From: Spirochaetia bacterium
GTDB lineage: Bacteria; Spirochaetota; Spirochaetia; SZUA-6; Bin103
Assembly (NCBI GenBank): GCA_965198005.1
Contig: CBDAOI010000003.1
Location: forward strand, 224,001 to 288,000
Direction: 5' to 3'
Length of the DNA: 64,000 nt
Under the pieces are notes generated by a model, which was given only the letters and a program-made list of their open reading frames with translations, was not told where the DNA came from and ran no database searches. The translations under genes and the position numbers were made by a program. Shown piece by piece: positions 20,548-35,344 of this stretch. Numbering within the stretch: the first letter of the stretch is position 1; each line of letters opens with the position of its first letter.

Positions 20548-21912
20548 ATGTTGCAGAAGTTGAACGTCACCAACTTCAAGGCGTGGCGAAAACTGAACAT
20601 GGCGCTCGGCAGGGTCACCGGGCTCTTCGGCACGAACAGCTCCGGCAAGAGCAGCGTGCTTCAGTTCCTGCTCCTGCTCAAGCAGACGAAGAATGCGACC
20701 GACCGCGGTCTGGTACTCGATTTCGGTGGCCCCGGAGAGCTGGTGAACCTGGGGAGATATCAGGACTTGGTTCACAAGGGAAAAGACGAGTCAGACATCG
20801 ACTGGACACTGCGGTGGCAACTGCCTGATCCCCTCAAGATCAGCGACCCCGAGGGTCTCCTTGCCACCGTGCTCATGCGCGGCAACCATCTGGAGGTGAG
20901 TACAGCAGCCGGGTTGAGGGGATCGCGTCTGACTGCACGACACCTGAAGTACAAATTCGCTAGTTCGAACTTCTTCATCAAGCCAAAGACTGAGGATTCC
21001 AGCGACTTTTTTCTTGATTCCGACGGGGCCAACCGGGTGCGATTCATTCGAACTCCGGGACGCAAGTGGGCCCTGCCCGGTCCCGTGAAGACACACCTGT
21101 TTCCCGACCGCGCCCATACGTTATTCCAGAACACAAGCTTTCTTAGCGACTTCGAGACCGAGTACGAGGCGCTGATGGACCGAATATTCTATCTTGGCCC
21201 GCTCCGTGTGCATCCGCAGCGCGAGTATCGCTGGTCGGGCGCCGGTCCGGTGGACGTGGGGCCGGCCGGCGAGCGGACCATCGACGCCATTCTGGCCGCT
21301 ACGGCGAACAACGAGACAAGGAACCTCGCCAAACACAAGGCGCTCATGTCTTTCCAGGAAATGATCGCGCATTGGCTGCAACAGCTTGGTCTGATTGAGG
21401 CGTTCGAGATCAGAGAGATCGCGCGGGGATCGAATCTCTACCAAGCCCGTGTCCGGGCGAACGCATCCGCTCCCGAGACGATGTTGACCGACGTCGGCTT
21501 TGGCGTCTCTCAGGTTCTGCCGGTGCTGGTGCTGTTGTACTACGTGCCGGAGCGCTCGATCGTACTGCTGGAACAACCGGAGATCCACCTGCATCCGTCC
21601 GTGCAGAGCGGACTGGCGGACGTGATGCTGGCAGTAGCCAAGCGGCGCCGCATACAGATCATCGTGGAGAGCCACAGTGAGCACCTGCTGCGGCGCTTGC
21701 AGCGGCGCGCAGCCGAGGGCGACTTCGCATCGTCCGATCTGAAACTCTATTTTGTCAGCAGCGACCGCGGCGCGGCGAAGCTGAATGACCTTGCTCTGAA
21801 CGAGTTTGGGGAGATAGAGAACTGGCCTGATCATTTCTTCGGAGATGAAATCGGCGAAATCGCGGCAATCAGCAAAGCATCGCTCAAGAAACGGATTGAA
21901 GCCTCTCAATGA
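20548..21912 (+). CDS. ABC/AAA-family ATPase with DUF3696-type C-terminus
   Basis: NFKAW, GTNSSGKSS, DVGFGVSQVLP, LLEQPEIHLHP, VESHSEH, GEIENWPDHFF. AAGGAG SD upstream. Confidence 0.88.
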   Translation: MLQKLNVTNFKAWRKLNMALGRVTGLFGTNSSGKSSVLQFLLLLKQTKNATDRGLVLDFGGPGELVNLGRYQDLVHKGKDESDIDWTLRWQLPDPLKISDPEGLLATVLMRGNHLEVSTAAGLRGSRLTARHLKYKFASSNFFIKPKTEDSSDFFLDSDGANRVRFIRTPGRKWALPGPVKTHLFPDRAHTLFQNTSFLSDFETEYEALMDRIFYLGPLRVHPQREYRWSGAGPVDVGPAGERTIDAILAATANNETRNLAKHKALMSFQEMIAHWLQQLGLIEAFEIREIARGSNLYQARVRANASAPETMLTDVGFGVSQVLPVLVLLYYVPERSIVLLEQPEIHLHPSVQSGLADVMLAVAKRRRIQIIVESHSEHLLRRLQRRAAEGDFASSDLKLYFVSSDRGAAKLNDLALNEFGEIENWPDHFFGDEIGEIAAISKASLKKRIEASQ

Positions 21913-22260
21913 GCGACTATGTGGTAGACACCAACGTCGCTATCGTTGCCAATCAGCCGAATGGTCATGCCGATTTAGTTTGCCAATTGACGTGCGTGGA
22001 AAAGGTACGTTCACATGTACGGCGGGATCCGGGTGCGCAGAGTTCCCATTACCCCTTGCGATGACCAATGTCGCGGCTTCGAGGAGCTTCCAGAGAACAA
22101 GCTTGACCCGTCTGACCGCAAGTTCCTCGCCGTCGCCACCGTTGCGAAAGCCGAGATTCTCAACGCCACGGACAGTGACTGGAGCGAGCAGGAAGCGCTC
22201 ACAGACAAACTGGGAGTGACGGTTCGCCAGCTTTGCCCGCAGCATGCCAGCAAACCCTAG
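21909..22260 (+). pseudogene. PIN-like domain protein with internal deletion and frameshift
   Basis: MSDYVVDTNVAIVAN (ATGA overlap with the ATPase). DPSDRKFLAVA...NATDSDW follows in another frame. Confidence 0.7.
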
Positions 22261-22271
22261 TAGAACCGGCG

Positions 22272-22949
22272 ATGAGCACAGCTCTCGGGTCGACCACTCG
22301 GATATGGAAATATCCGCGCACTCCCTACTGGCCGTACTCGCCGGCTGGTCCGCGGGATGACGATGAACTGGCCGACGCGGCTCGGTTCGCGGGGCGGCCG
22401 ATTGTCATAACGGAGAAGCTGGACGGCAGCAATACGCTCCTGCACCAGGGCGAAGTCTATGCGCGCAGCGTGTCCGCGCCCGCGACGGGGAAGTGGCTGG
22501 CGATGGTGAGGAAGCACCATGCGTGGAAGGTGACGGAGCCGGACGTGTTCCTCTATGGCGAAGACATCTACGGGGTGCACAGTATCGCGTACGACCCGGT
22601 CCCGGAACAGGAGACGTTCCATGCATTCGCGCTGCGCTTCGCCGACGGTTCCTTCGGTTCGTTCCAAACCATCGCGGACTACGCTCGGGAGCGCTCCATC
22701 CCGGTAGTGCCGATATTGTTCCGCGGGACGCTCCGGTCGGTTCGCGAGGTGCGCGACTTCGTGAGCAAGGCGCACGCGGAGCCGTCGGCCCTGGGCGGAG
22801 CACGGGAGGGCGTCGTGATCCGCCATGCGGATGGGTTTCCGGCTGTGGAATTCAAGCGCAGCGTCTGCAAGAGCGTTCGAGTGGGGCACGTACAATCCGA
22901 CGAGCATTGGTCGAAGCGCTGGCGGGCATGCCCCATCGTGCGACGGTGA
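22272..22949 (+). CDS. ATP-dependent RNA ligase family protein (Rnl2-like adenylation domain)
   Basis: KYPRTP, TEKLDGSN (KxDG), LYGE, REGVVIR, CKSVR. Confidence 0.85.
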   Translation: MSTALGSTTRIWKYPRTPYWPYSPAGPRDDDELADAARFAGRPIVITEKLDGSNTLLHQGEVYARSVSAPATGKWLAMVRKHHAWKVTEPDVFLYGEDIYGVHSIAYDPVPEQETFHAFALRFADGSFGSFQTIADYARERSIPVVPILFRGTLRSVREVRDFVSKAHAEPSALGGAREGVVIRHADGFPAVEFKRSVCKSVRVGHVQSDEHWSKRWRACPIVRR

Positions 22950-23022
22950 GCGAGGCTGTGACCCTCGCCCGCAGTATCGAGTGGTCGCTTCCCTCGCGGA
23001 TGAAGCGGTCGAGAGGCAGCCA

Positions 23023-24069
23023 TCATCCGCCGACTGACTTGAGCCAACCCCGGTCGCCTAGTGTGTCGCGTGCCAGTTCGATCTTGCGTTCCGAGAATTG
23101 CCGCTTGCGGCTGTTCCACCCATACGTGGCACGAACGACATCCGGTGTCGCGTCGGTGCCGATCTCGTTGATCACCCAGTGAACCGTGGCCAACAGCTCG
23201 AGGCCGAACGGCGACTCGAAACCGGCCACCAGCTCGACGACTCGATCAAAGCGACCACGCGTCTCGGGATGCCGGCCGAGGAACGCTTCAGCCTCGCGGA
23301 TCGCCCCGGGGATCAGGTTCAGCGGCTCGTCCGTCCGGTCCCCGCCTGAGCCGCCTCCCTGCAGGTAGTGGCCGTCGAGAGCTCGCAGAACGTGACGCAG
23401 GTTCTCCGCGTAGGGTCCGTGCGGCGCCTTCACGTACTGCAATCGGAGCGGCTCGCCGGCCTCCTGCATGAAGTAGAGCAGCTTGTGTACCTCAAGCAGG
23501 GTCACGAAGGGTTCGGCGAGACCTATCAGGTAGCGATGCATCAGACCAAGCAGTGCCGCCCGTCCCGGCGTCATGGCCGCCCGCTTCGGCGCCGGGAGCG
23601 GGACCTCCCCCGAGTCGGTTGCGTACGGCTCGAAGACCAGCGTATCCAAGTCCGGCAGGCCGGCGAGCGCCCGGTGGATGCGAGGCTTTACCGCCGTCCA
23701 CTCGAGACCGCCGAGTCCGCACCCGAGCGGCGGCAGGGAGATCGAATGAATCCGGCGCCGCTCGATCTCGGCTACCAGCGCCGACAGGCCACTGTCGATA
23801 TCCGCCAGGCGGCTCCGGCCACGCCAGTGCTGCTTCGTCGGAAAGTTGACGATGAAGCGCGGCACGAACTCGCGGGTCTCGAACACGAACATCCGGCCCG
23901 GCTGCAGCTCGCCCCAGTCGCAAGCAGCCTTGTACGCCTTGAAGTTGTCGGGGAACCTGCGCTTGAACGCGAGCGCGACGCCGCGCCCCATGACCCCGAC
24001 GCAGTTGACACTGTTGACCAAGGCCTCGCTGTCCGCTGCCAACAGATCGCCCGTCACGTATTTGATCAT
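23023..24069 (-). CDS. darG: DarG macrodomain antitoxin (DNA ADP-ribosyl glycohydrolase)
   Basis: GDLL, NSVNCVGVMGRGVA, NFPTKQHWR, PPLGCGLGGL, C-terminal KLLYFMQ..GPYA and GFESPFGLELLATVHW. Confidence 0.9.
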   Translation of the reverse strand: MIKYVTGDLLAADSEALVNSVNCVGVMGRGVALAFKRRFPDNFKAYKAACDWGELQPGRMFVFETREFVPRFIVNFPTKQHWRGRSRLADIDSGLSALVAEIERRRIHSISLPPLGCGLGGLEWTAVKPRIHRALAGLPDLDTLVFEPYATDSGEVPLPAPKRAAMTPGRAALLGLMHRYLIGLAEPFVTLLEVHKLLYFMQEAGEPLRLQYVKAPHGPYAENLRHVLRALDGHYLQGGGSGGDRTDEPLNLIPGAIREAEAFLGRHPETRGRFDRVVELVAGFESPFGLELLATVHWVINEIGTDATPDVVRATYGWNSRKRQFSERKIELARDTLGDRGWLKSVGG

Positions 24070-24085
24070 CGCTCGGGCTCCATAC

Positions 24086-24458
24086 CTAATAGTACCACTC
24101 GCGGCGTACTTCTACACGGAGGCTGGCTGAGCCACCGACGATCTCGGATACCCGTCCCGCCACGCTTTCGCTCATCACGCCGAGCCTCTCGACCAGCGAC
24201 CAAGGGAGGTATCGATGCAGCAGAAACTCCGCCTGCTTCGGGCGCTTCAGGTCGCCGCTCCACTGATCTGCCGCCACAGGTGTTCGGATGGCACGGGACC
24301 GGCAGGTGCTTGCGACGGGCCACCACCTCGGACATGCCGATTCTCGTCGGGGCTCTGCCCTCAGCGGCCTCGCTGTCGGCGAGCAAGCCGCCAGTCTCGA
24401 CAATCGCGCTGAGATTGGCGCCGTGGGTGATGTGATAGAGCCTGGGGCGCTCGGGCAC
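24086..24458 (-). pseudogene. darT: DarT (DUF4433) DNA ADP-ribosyltransferase with internal deletion and frameshift
   Basis: LYHITHGANLSAIVETGGLL...RRKHLPVPCHP in one frame, KQAEFLLH...EWYY in another. The central block is absent. Confidence 0.85.
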
Positions 24459-24605
24459 ACGCACAGTGAAGTAATCTATCCCGATAGCCGGTAGTTGAAC
24501 AGAATCGGGGACTGATGCGCCGCGCCGAAGCCTGCCGCCGCGCCACCACGAGCGGGATTGACCTATGTCGCGCAGCAGATAGCCGCTCTCCATGCGATTG
24601 GCGAA

Positions 24606-25163
24606 GATATACAAGTCATCGTAGAGAGCCACAGCGAACACCTGCTGCGACGCCTGCAGCGGCGTGCCGCGGACCGTCGATGAGTGCGACTCTCGGGTCC
24701 GCCACTCGGATATGGAAGTATCCGCGCACTCCCGCTGGACGGCAGCAATACGCTCCTGCACCAGGGCGAAGTCTATGCGCGCAGCGTGTCCGCGCCCGCG
24801 ACGGGGAAGTGGCTGGCGATGGTGAGGAAGCACCATGCGTGGAAGGTGACGGAGCCGGACGTGTTCCTCTATGGCGAAGACATCATGGCGGACTACGCTC
24901 GGGAGCGCTCCATCCCGGTAGTGCCGATATTGTTCCGCGGGACGCTCCGGTCGGTTCGCGAGGTGCGCGACTTCGTGAGCAAGGCGCACGCGGAGCCGTC
25001 GGCCCTGGGCGGAGCACGCGAGGGCGTGGTGATCCGCCATGCGGATGGGTTCCCGGCTGTGGATTTCAAGCGCAGCGTCTGCAAGAGCGTTCGCGTGGGG
25101 CACGTACAATCGGACGAGCATTGGTCGAAGCGCTGGCGCGCATGCCGCATCGCACGACGGTGA
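24606..25163 (+). pseudogene. Decayed duplicate of the ATPase-RNA ligase unit
   Basis: 24606-24668 matches 21652-21712. 24680-25163 matches 22272-22949 minus 92-bp and 102-bp deletions. Confidence 0.9.
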
Positions 25164-25170
25164 GCGAGGG

Positions 25171-25640
25171 ATGAACGGGGAGCGGGGCTCGGCGTGGGGG
25201 CTGGACTTCTACGACCCCGAGTTTCTGGCCGATCCGGCGCCGATCGTTCGCAACGAGCAGACCGGACAGTGGATGCTGACGCGGTTCGCCGACGTGTACG
25301 AGACGCTGCGCGACCGGCGGCTGGGCCGCGTCTACCACCACCGGTACAGCCACGCCGAGCTGGGACAGCCGGCGCCCGACCCGCGCTGGGCCGCGTTCCA
25401 CCGGCACGAGCGCTGGTCGATCGACCGCTGCCGGGAGCTGGGGGCGTTCGACCTGCTGGCCGACTACGCCCAGCGCTACTCGGTGGCCGTGGTCGCCGAG
25501 GTGCTGGGCGTGCCGCGCGCCGACACGCAGCGGCTGCTGGACTGGTCGCACGCCATCGTCAAGATGTACGAGCTGTCGGCGCCCGAGGAGCTGAAGGCGC
25601 GGGCCGACGCGGCGGCGGGCGAGTTCATCGCCTGGAGGCG
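25171..25640 (+). pseudogene. Cytochrome P450 N-terminal remnant
   Basis: DPEFLADP, WMLTRFADV..LRD, FDLLADYA..VVAEVLGVP. The DHTRLR region and the heme-Cys C-terminus are absent. Confidence 0.75.
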
Positions 25641-25817
25641 GGCCTCGGCGGGCCCGGCTTCTGACGGGGCGCGGCGGGTCCCACTCGGCGTCGATGCCGA
25701 AGGCTCACAGCCGCCACGTCGCCGGCCAGCTGACAGTCATCTTGCGCCGGCCGGAGCGGCGCGCGCCGCCGCGGCATCGTGCCGCCGCCCGTGTCAGGGT
25801 CGCGCCATGGAGTCAGG

Positions 25818-27014
25818 TCAGTCGTGGTCGAGGGCGCGCTCGCCGTGGAAGGTGAGGTCGAGGCCGGCCTCCAGCTCGTCGGTTTCGGGCTTGAGGCGCT
25901 TGACGGCGCCCAGCACCTTGAGGATGAGCCAGGTCATCCCGAACGCGTACACCACGCTGATCACGGTGGCGGCCAGGTTGGCCAGGAACAGTGATACCCC
26001 GCCATAGATCAGCCCCGGCGGCGCCCCGGTCTCGGGAGTCGCGAACACGCCGGTGAGGATCGAGCCCAGGATGCCGCCCACGCCGTGCACGGCCCATACG
26101 TCGAGCGCGTCGTCCCAGCCCATGCGCTCCTTGAACAGCACCGCGCCGTAGCAGGCGGCCCCCGAGAGCACGCCGATCAGCGCCGCCCAGCCGGGGGTCA
26201 CGAAGCCGGCCGCCGGAGTGATGGCGATCAGGCCCGCGATCGCGCCGGTGAGCGCGCCGATGATGCTCGGCTTGCCCTTGTGCCGCCACGACAGCAGCAT
26301 CCAGGTGACCATCGCGGTGGAGGCGGAGATGTCGGTGTTGATGAAGGCGACCGACGCGATCTCGTTGGGCGACAGCGCGCTGCCGCCGTTGAAGCCGAAC
26401 CAGCCGAACCACAGCAGCGCGGCGCCCAGCGCCACGAAGCGGAGGTCGTGCGGGGCCGTGTGCGTGCGGCGCGCCCCCAGCACGGTGACGGTGGCCAGCG
26501 CGGCCATGCCGGCCGAGATGTGCACCACGGTGCCGCCGGCGAAGTCGATCGCTCCGAGCTGGGCCAGCAGCCCGCCGCCCCACACCCAGTGCGCCAGCAC
26601 CGAGTAGACCAGAATGCTCCAGAGGCAGATGAAGATCAGGTAGCTGCTGAAGCGGAAGCGGTCGACGAACGCGCCGGTGATCAGCGCCGGGGTGATCACC
26701 GCGAACATCATCTGGAACAGGAAGAAGGTCCAGGTGGGGATCGTGGTCCCGCCGAACACCTCGTCGATCGGGATCCGGAACAGCCAGTACTTGAGGTCGC
26801 CGATGATGCCGCCGACGGTATCGCCGAACGCGAGCGAGAAGCCGACCGCGATCCACACCGTGCTCACCAGCCCCAGCGAGATCAGGTTCTGGGCGATGAT
26901 GGTCAGCGTGTTGTGGCGGCCGACCAGCCCGCCGTAGAAGAAGGCCAGTCCCGGCGTCATGAGAAACACGAGAGTCGAGCAGAGAAGGACGAATCCGGTA
27001 TCGACGAGGTTCAT
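25818..27014 (-). CDS. amt: Ammonium transporter
   Basis: LMTPGLAFFYGG, FQMMFAVITP, DFAGGTVVH, WFGWFGFNGGS, DDALDVWAVHG. Confidence 0.96.
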   Translation of the reverse strand: MNLVDTGFVLLCSTLVFLMTPGLAFFYGGLVGRHNTLTIIAQNLISLGLVSTVWIAVGFSLAFGDTVGGIIGDLKYWLFRIPIDEVFGGTTIPTWTFFLFQMMFAVITPALITGAFVDRFRFSSYLIFICLWSILVYSVLAHWVWGGGLLAQLGAIDFAGGTVVHISAGMAALATVTVLGARRTHTAPHDLRFVALGAALLWFGWFGFNGGSALSPNEIASVAFINTDISASTAMVTWMLLSWRHKGKPSIIGALTGAIAGLIAITPAAGFVTPGWAALIGVLSGAACYGAVLFKERMGWDDALDVWAVHGVGGILGSILTGVFATPETGAPPGLIYGGVSLFLANLAATVISVVYAFGMTWLILKVLGAVKRLKPETDELEAGLDLTFHGERALDHD

Positions 27015-27040
27015 TGGTTGCTCCTATCGTTGCATGTGGT

Positions 27041-27628
<588 letters not shown>

Positions 27629-27659
27629 GCGCTCGGCCTCCCGTTCCGCCCGCGCCTGC

Positions 27660-29945
<2,286 letters not shown>

Positions 29946-29960
29946 AAGACGGTAATCAGT

Positions 29961-29995
29961 AACAAAAAAAGTGCCCGCCGTCAACGGCGGGTCAC
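29961..29995 (-). terminator. Intrinsic terminator/attenuator immediately upstream of the reductase start
   Basis: Minus strand GTGACCCGCCGT-TG-ACGGCGGGCAC-TTTTTTTGTT. Confidence 0.75.
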
Positions 29996-30316
29996 CTACT
30001 AGTCCAAAGGGTGCTCTCACGCTGGCCGGTGCAAAGCCGCGATGCGCCAAGCAGGCGTCGGAAAGGTTGCGCCGGCGAGGCCCAAGGCCTGCTCGGCTGC
30101 TCGACGGAGTTGGCGTTGGCGACGCCCTGCTCGGCGCCTTGGCGAGCAGGCCGCACCTGCCCGCGCGGCTCCTCCAGCGGCTCCAGGGCGGCAGGCTCCA
30201 TCTCGTCCGGACGAGCACGGCGCGTGATCAGGTGTTGTTCGGCACGCAAGGGTAGCTGCATTATTAGTGACTGAACGAGCACCAGTCCGGCCGCAATCCC
30301 ATCAGGAGGAGTCCGT

Positions 30317-30763
30317 ATGAGTACCCGATTTCGCGTTCCGCCGCGGTTGCGGCGGCTCGATCAGCGCTTGACGGCCTGGATGGACCGGCATGGCGTCCTG
30401 CTGCTGCGGGTGGCGGTCGGGGTGGTGTTCATCTGGTTTGGCGCGCTCAAGCTCTTGCCCGGAGCGAGTCCAGCGACCGGCCTGATCGTCTCGACCTATC
30501 CCTTCCTGCCGGAGCGGCTGTTCGTTTCGTTCGTGGGCTGTTGGGAGGTAGTGATCGCACTCGGCTTTCTCACCGGTCGATTCCTCCGGGTGACGGTGGC
30601 GCTGATGTATCTGCAGATGCTCGGGGCGATGTCGCCAATCGCGCTGAATCCCGCTGTCGTCTTCGCGCAACCGCCATTCGTACTCACTCTCGAAGGGCAG
30701 TATATCTTCAAGAATCTGGTCCTGCTTGCCGCGGCGATCGTGGTCGGCGCACGGGTGCGTTGA
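30317..30763 (+). CDS. DoxX-family membrane protein
   Basis: LLRVAVGVVFIWFGALK, LTLEGQYIFKNLV. AGGAGG SD upstream. Confidence 0.85.
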   Translation: MSTRFRVPPRLRRLDQRLTAWMDRHGVLLLRVAVGVVFIWFGALKLLPGASPATGLIVSTYPFLPERLFVSFVGCWEVVIALGFLTGRFLRVTVALMYLQMLGAMSPIALNPAVVFAQPPFVLTLEGQYIFKNLVLLAAAIVVGARVR

Positions 30764-30804
30764 CAGGGTACCGTTCGCCGGGGCGGCGCGCTAGAGGTGA
30801 TCCA

Positions 30805-31648
30805 CTACCGAAGGATGGCACCCTTCAGGAGCCAGATAATAACGCCCGCGAGCAGAAGAAGGACTGGCGACCATATCGCAGCGATCAATCGCCACGCTTC
30901 GGGCCGGGGCCATTTCACAGCGCCAGTGTAGCGCGAGCGCGCCGTACGCGTCACGGCCGACGGGCAGCCGCCGTGCGCAGCCTCGGCATGTAGCTTGAAG
31001 AAAGAGATCCAGTGTTCCGCTGGTATACCGCCGACGTGGTAGCCTCTCATGGCGGCCGTGTAATCGTCCATGAGACCGGTCAACCGGGCTATGCGACCGA
31101 AGTTGTGGCCGCCGTCCTTTACCGGACGGTCAGCGATCCTGGTCTTGGGCCTCGGGTACGGGCTCACGTCGGTGCCCGGAGGATGTACCGTCCGCTGGTC
31201 CGGAGTGTCACTTGTCTCCCTGACGGTGGTCCACCACCAATTTCGATACTCGGCCGCATAACGGGCCTGCTCAATATACGGCTCGTAAACGACGGGTTCC
31301 CCCGACAGAACATTGCGAAGATGCCACGGAACCACGACCAGAAGGTCTTGTGGGGCGCAGGCTTTTGGGGTGACAGTGTACCGAAAGCTGGGCTCGCGCT
31401 CTTTCGAGAGTAGATACCATCCCTTGAGTTCTATGCCCAACGCGATATCTTCACTTCCATCCATTGCTGCCCAGCACCGCATTCAGACTGAACAGGTCAG
31501 CCGCTTCGAGACCCTCGATGTGAGTTGTAGTGTGGAAGTATACAGGGAGAGCCCTGGTGGCATCCCTGACGCGCCGTACCAGACTCGCATGCTCGCTCGT
31601 CGGGGGAAACACGTGCCGTTGCGGTTGAGACATGAGGCGCTCGTTCAC
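30805..31648 (-). pseudogene. Probable type II restriction endonuclease, broken by deletion/frameshift at ~31460
   Basis: N-part ALPVYF...DLFSLNAVLGS is out of frame with LGIELKGWYLL (ExK). It overlaps the methyltransferase stop. The 3' end is uncertain. Confidence 0.6.
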
Positions 31649-32730
31649 TCCCTCTCAAGCGGTAACGATAATTGTATGCTTGCCGCCTGTTCGTGAAGTC
31701 GGCTCTGCGCCAGCGCCGCAAAACCGCGGTCTACTTCGGCGGCAAGAGCGTGCCGCCCCAGCGCGATCGCGGCGACCGACGCCGAGCACAGCCCGCCGAA
31801 CGGCTCCCACACCGTGTCTCCTGCGTTCGAGGCGATACCAATGATCCGACGCATGAATGACAGAGGCTTCTGGTTCAGGTGAGCCGTAGCATTGCGACCG
31901 GGATTGTGCATCCGAGGCGCGACCCGCCGGCCGTTGCCCCGATAGCGCTCAACACCGTTGAGGGGCGGATGCGACCAGACGTTGGTTAAGCCGTGCTCGT
32001 GATTCCATGGGTGTCGCAACTTGGCCCATTCCTCCGGGCACAGCGGCCGCCTTCCGTCGAGAGAGAAGTATGGGCGTCCGGCGGGATCACCATGTCGGTT
32101 GGCGTACGCGACCATTCGAGCCATCATTTCCGGGGGCGGCAAGTACCACAGCCAATCCTGTGTGAGGTACTTGCGCGTGGCCGCGTTCTTGACTCCACAC
32201 GCCTCGTTTGCCTGGTGTAGCGGCATTCCGGTGCGCCGCCACTCCGAGCGTAGCCATTGACTACCCGACATGGTCCCCTGGACTGACGAGAAATCCAGCC
32301 GCCGCCGGTAGAACACGCACACCTCGGTAACCGTAGGAAGTCGGCGGATCGTAGCCCCGTTCACGTTTCCTGCGATGTGCCTGATACCCTTGTCCCAGAC
32401 TATGGTCTGGACATACTCCCAACCGTGGGACACGAGCAGCGAGTGTACCGTCGCCCATCCGATCTCAGTATTCCAGAACCACAGTGTTGTCGCCGGGTGA
32501 GCACGTTCCGACCAGGTCGCGACGTGTTGCGCGTACCACTCGTCAAGCCGAGAAGGTGTGCGCGGGTCGCCCGGAAAGCCTCCGACGCCATATGCGCCGT
32601 CGGAGATGATGAGATCAGGGGCTTCCCACCTGGAGTACGCTTCCTCGGCCCTTCCCACGTGCAACTTGCAAGATCCTGCCGCTGGCTTCGTCACAGTGGA
32701 TGACCCCCAAGGAATCTTACCGCAGACCAT
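31645..32730 (-). CDS. N4-C/N6-A DNA methyltransferase (beta class)
   Basis: DLIISDGAYG (DPPY-like) precedes H.NQKP and WEPFGGLCS (FxG-like). Confidence 0.85.
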   Translation of the reverse strand: MVCGKIPWGSSTVTKPAAGSCKLHVGRAEEAYSRWEAPDLIISDGAYGVGGFPGDPRTPSRLDEWYAQHVATWSERAHPATTLWFWNTEIGWATVHSLLVSHGWEYVQTIVWDKGIRHIAGNVNGATIRRLPTVTEVCVFYRRRLDFSSVQGTMSGSQWLRSEWRRTGMPLHQANEACGVKNAATRKYLTQDWLWYLPPPEMMARMVAYANRHGDPAGRPYFSLDGRRPLCPEEWAKLRHPWNHEHGLTNVWSHPPLNGVERYRGNGRRVAPRMHNPGRNATAHLNQKPLSFMRRIIGIASNAGDTVWEPFGGLCSASVAAIALGRHALAAEVDRGFAALAQSRLHEQAASIQLSLPLERE

Positions 32731-32785
32731 ACTACAGTGAACGCGCGCATGTGGCCCCGTGCTTCAACCGTGCTCGACGACGGGA

Positions 32786-33352
32786 CTAACTGCCCCCGGG
32801 GAGAGCCGCGCCGTCGAACTCGCCGCGTTCGTGGCGACGGGCGAGCGCGGTGTAGTAGCCGACGATGCGGGTGACGTAGGCGCGGTCGGCCGCGGTCACC
32901 ATGCGGACCGCCTTGGCCGGCACCCCGGCCAGCAGGGTGCCCGGTTCCGCGCGCGTGCCCGGCCGCACTACCGCGCCGGCCGCCACCAGACAGCCGGCGC
33001 CGAGCACGGTGCCGTCGAGCACCGTGGCCCCGATCCCGATCAGGCAGCTCTCGCCGACTTCCCGGCAATGGACGCAGGCCTGATGTCCGATCACCACCTC
33101 GTCACCGATCTCCAGCGATTCGCCGCTGCGCGTATGCAGCATCGCCTGGTCCTGGATCGAGCAGCGCGCGCCAACCCGGATCGGCGCGACGTCGCCGCGG
33201 ATGCAGGTGAACGGCCACACGTTGGTGTCGACCCCCAGCACGACGTCGCCCACCACGATCGCGCTGCGCGCGATGAACACGTCGCCCACCCGGCGCATGG
33301 CCACCGTGCCGCCGGGGAAATTGAGTGCTTCAGTCGTCGCCATGCGCTTCAT
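32786..33352 (-). CDS. Gamma carbonic anhydrase family protein
   Basis: Hexapeptide repeats, IRGD, QDQAMLH, IGHQACVH. Confidence 0.88.
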   Translation of the reverse strand: MKRMATTEALNFPGGTVAMRRVGDVFIARSAIVVGDVVLGVDTNVWPFTCIRGDVAPIRVGARCSIQDQAMLHTRSGESLEIGDEVVIGHQACVHCREVGESCLIGIGATVLDGTVLGAGCLVAAGAVVRPGTRAEPGTLLAGVPAKAVRMVTAADRAYVTRIVGYYTALARRHERGEFDGAALPGGS

Positions 33353-33568
33353 CGTGGCGGCGCCGGGCGCGCTGTCAAGCGCCAAGGCGGATCAGGCAGC
33401 GCGCGTGGCGGCCTGCGGTGGCCGGGCGGCGGTGGTGGCGCGCGGCACCTTCGCCAACTCGTCGGTTCCCGGGGAGACGCCGGTATGGTCCCAACCCAGC
33501 GCCGCGTCATAACTGCCGCGCGAAGTGATGCGCCTCGGGCGCCCGTCGTCGCCGCCGTCCGCCCGGGC

Positions 33569-35344
<1,776 letters not shown>

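Noticed and set aside
12365-25640. Integron cassette array
   Set aside because: No integron integrase or recurring attC-like sites, and the genes are in mixed orientation.
30040-30120. Canonical SAM-I/SAM-IV riboswitch
   Set aside because: Only a GCAACC word resembles the core. The other conserved elements could not be placed by eye.
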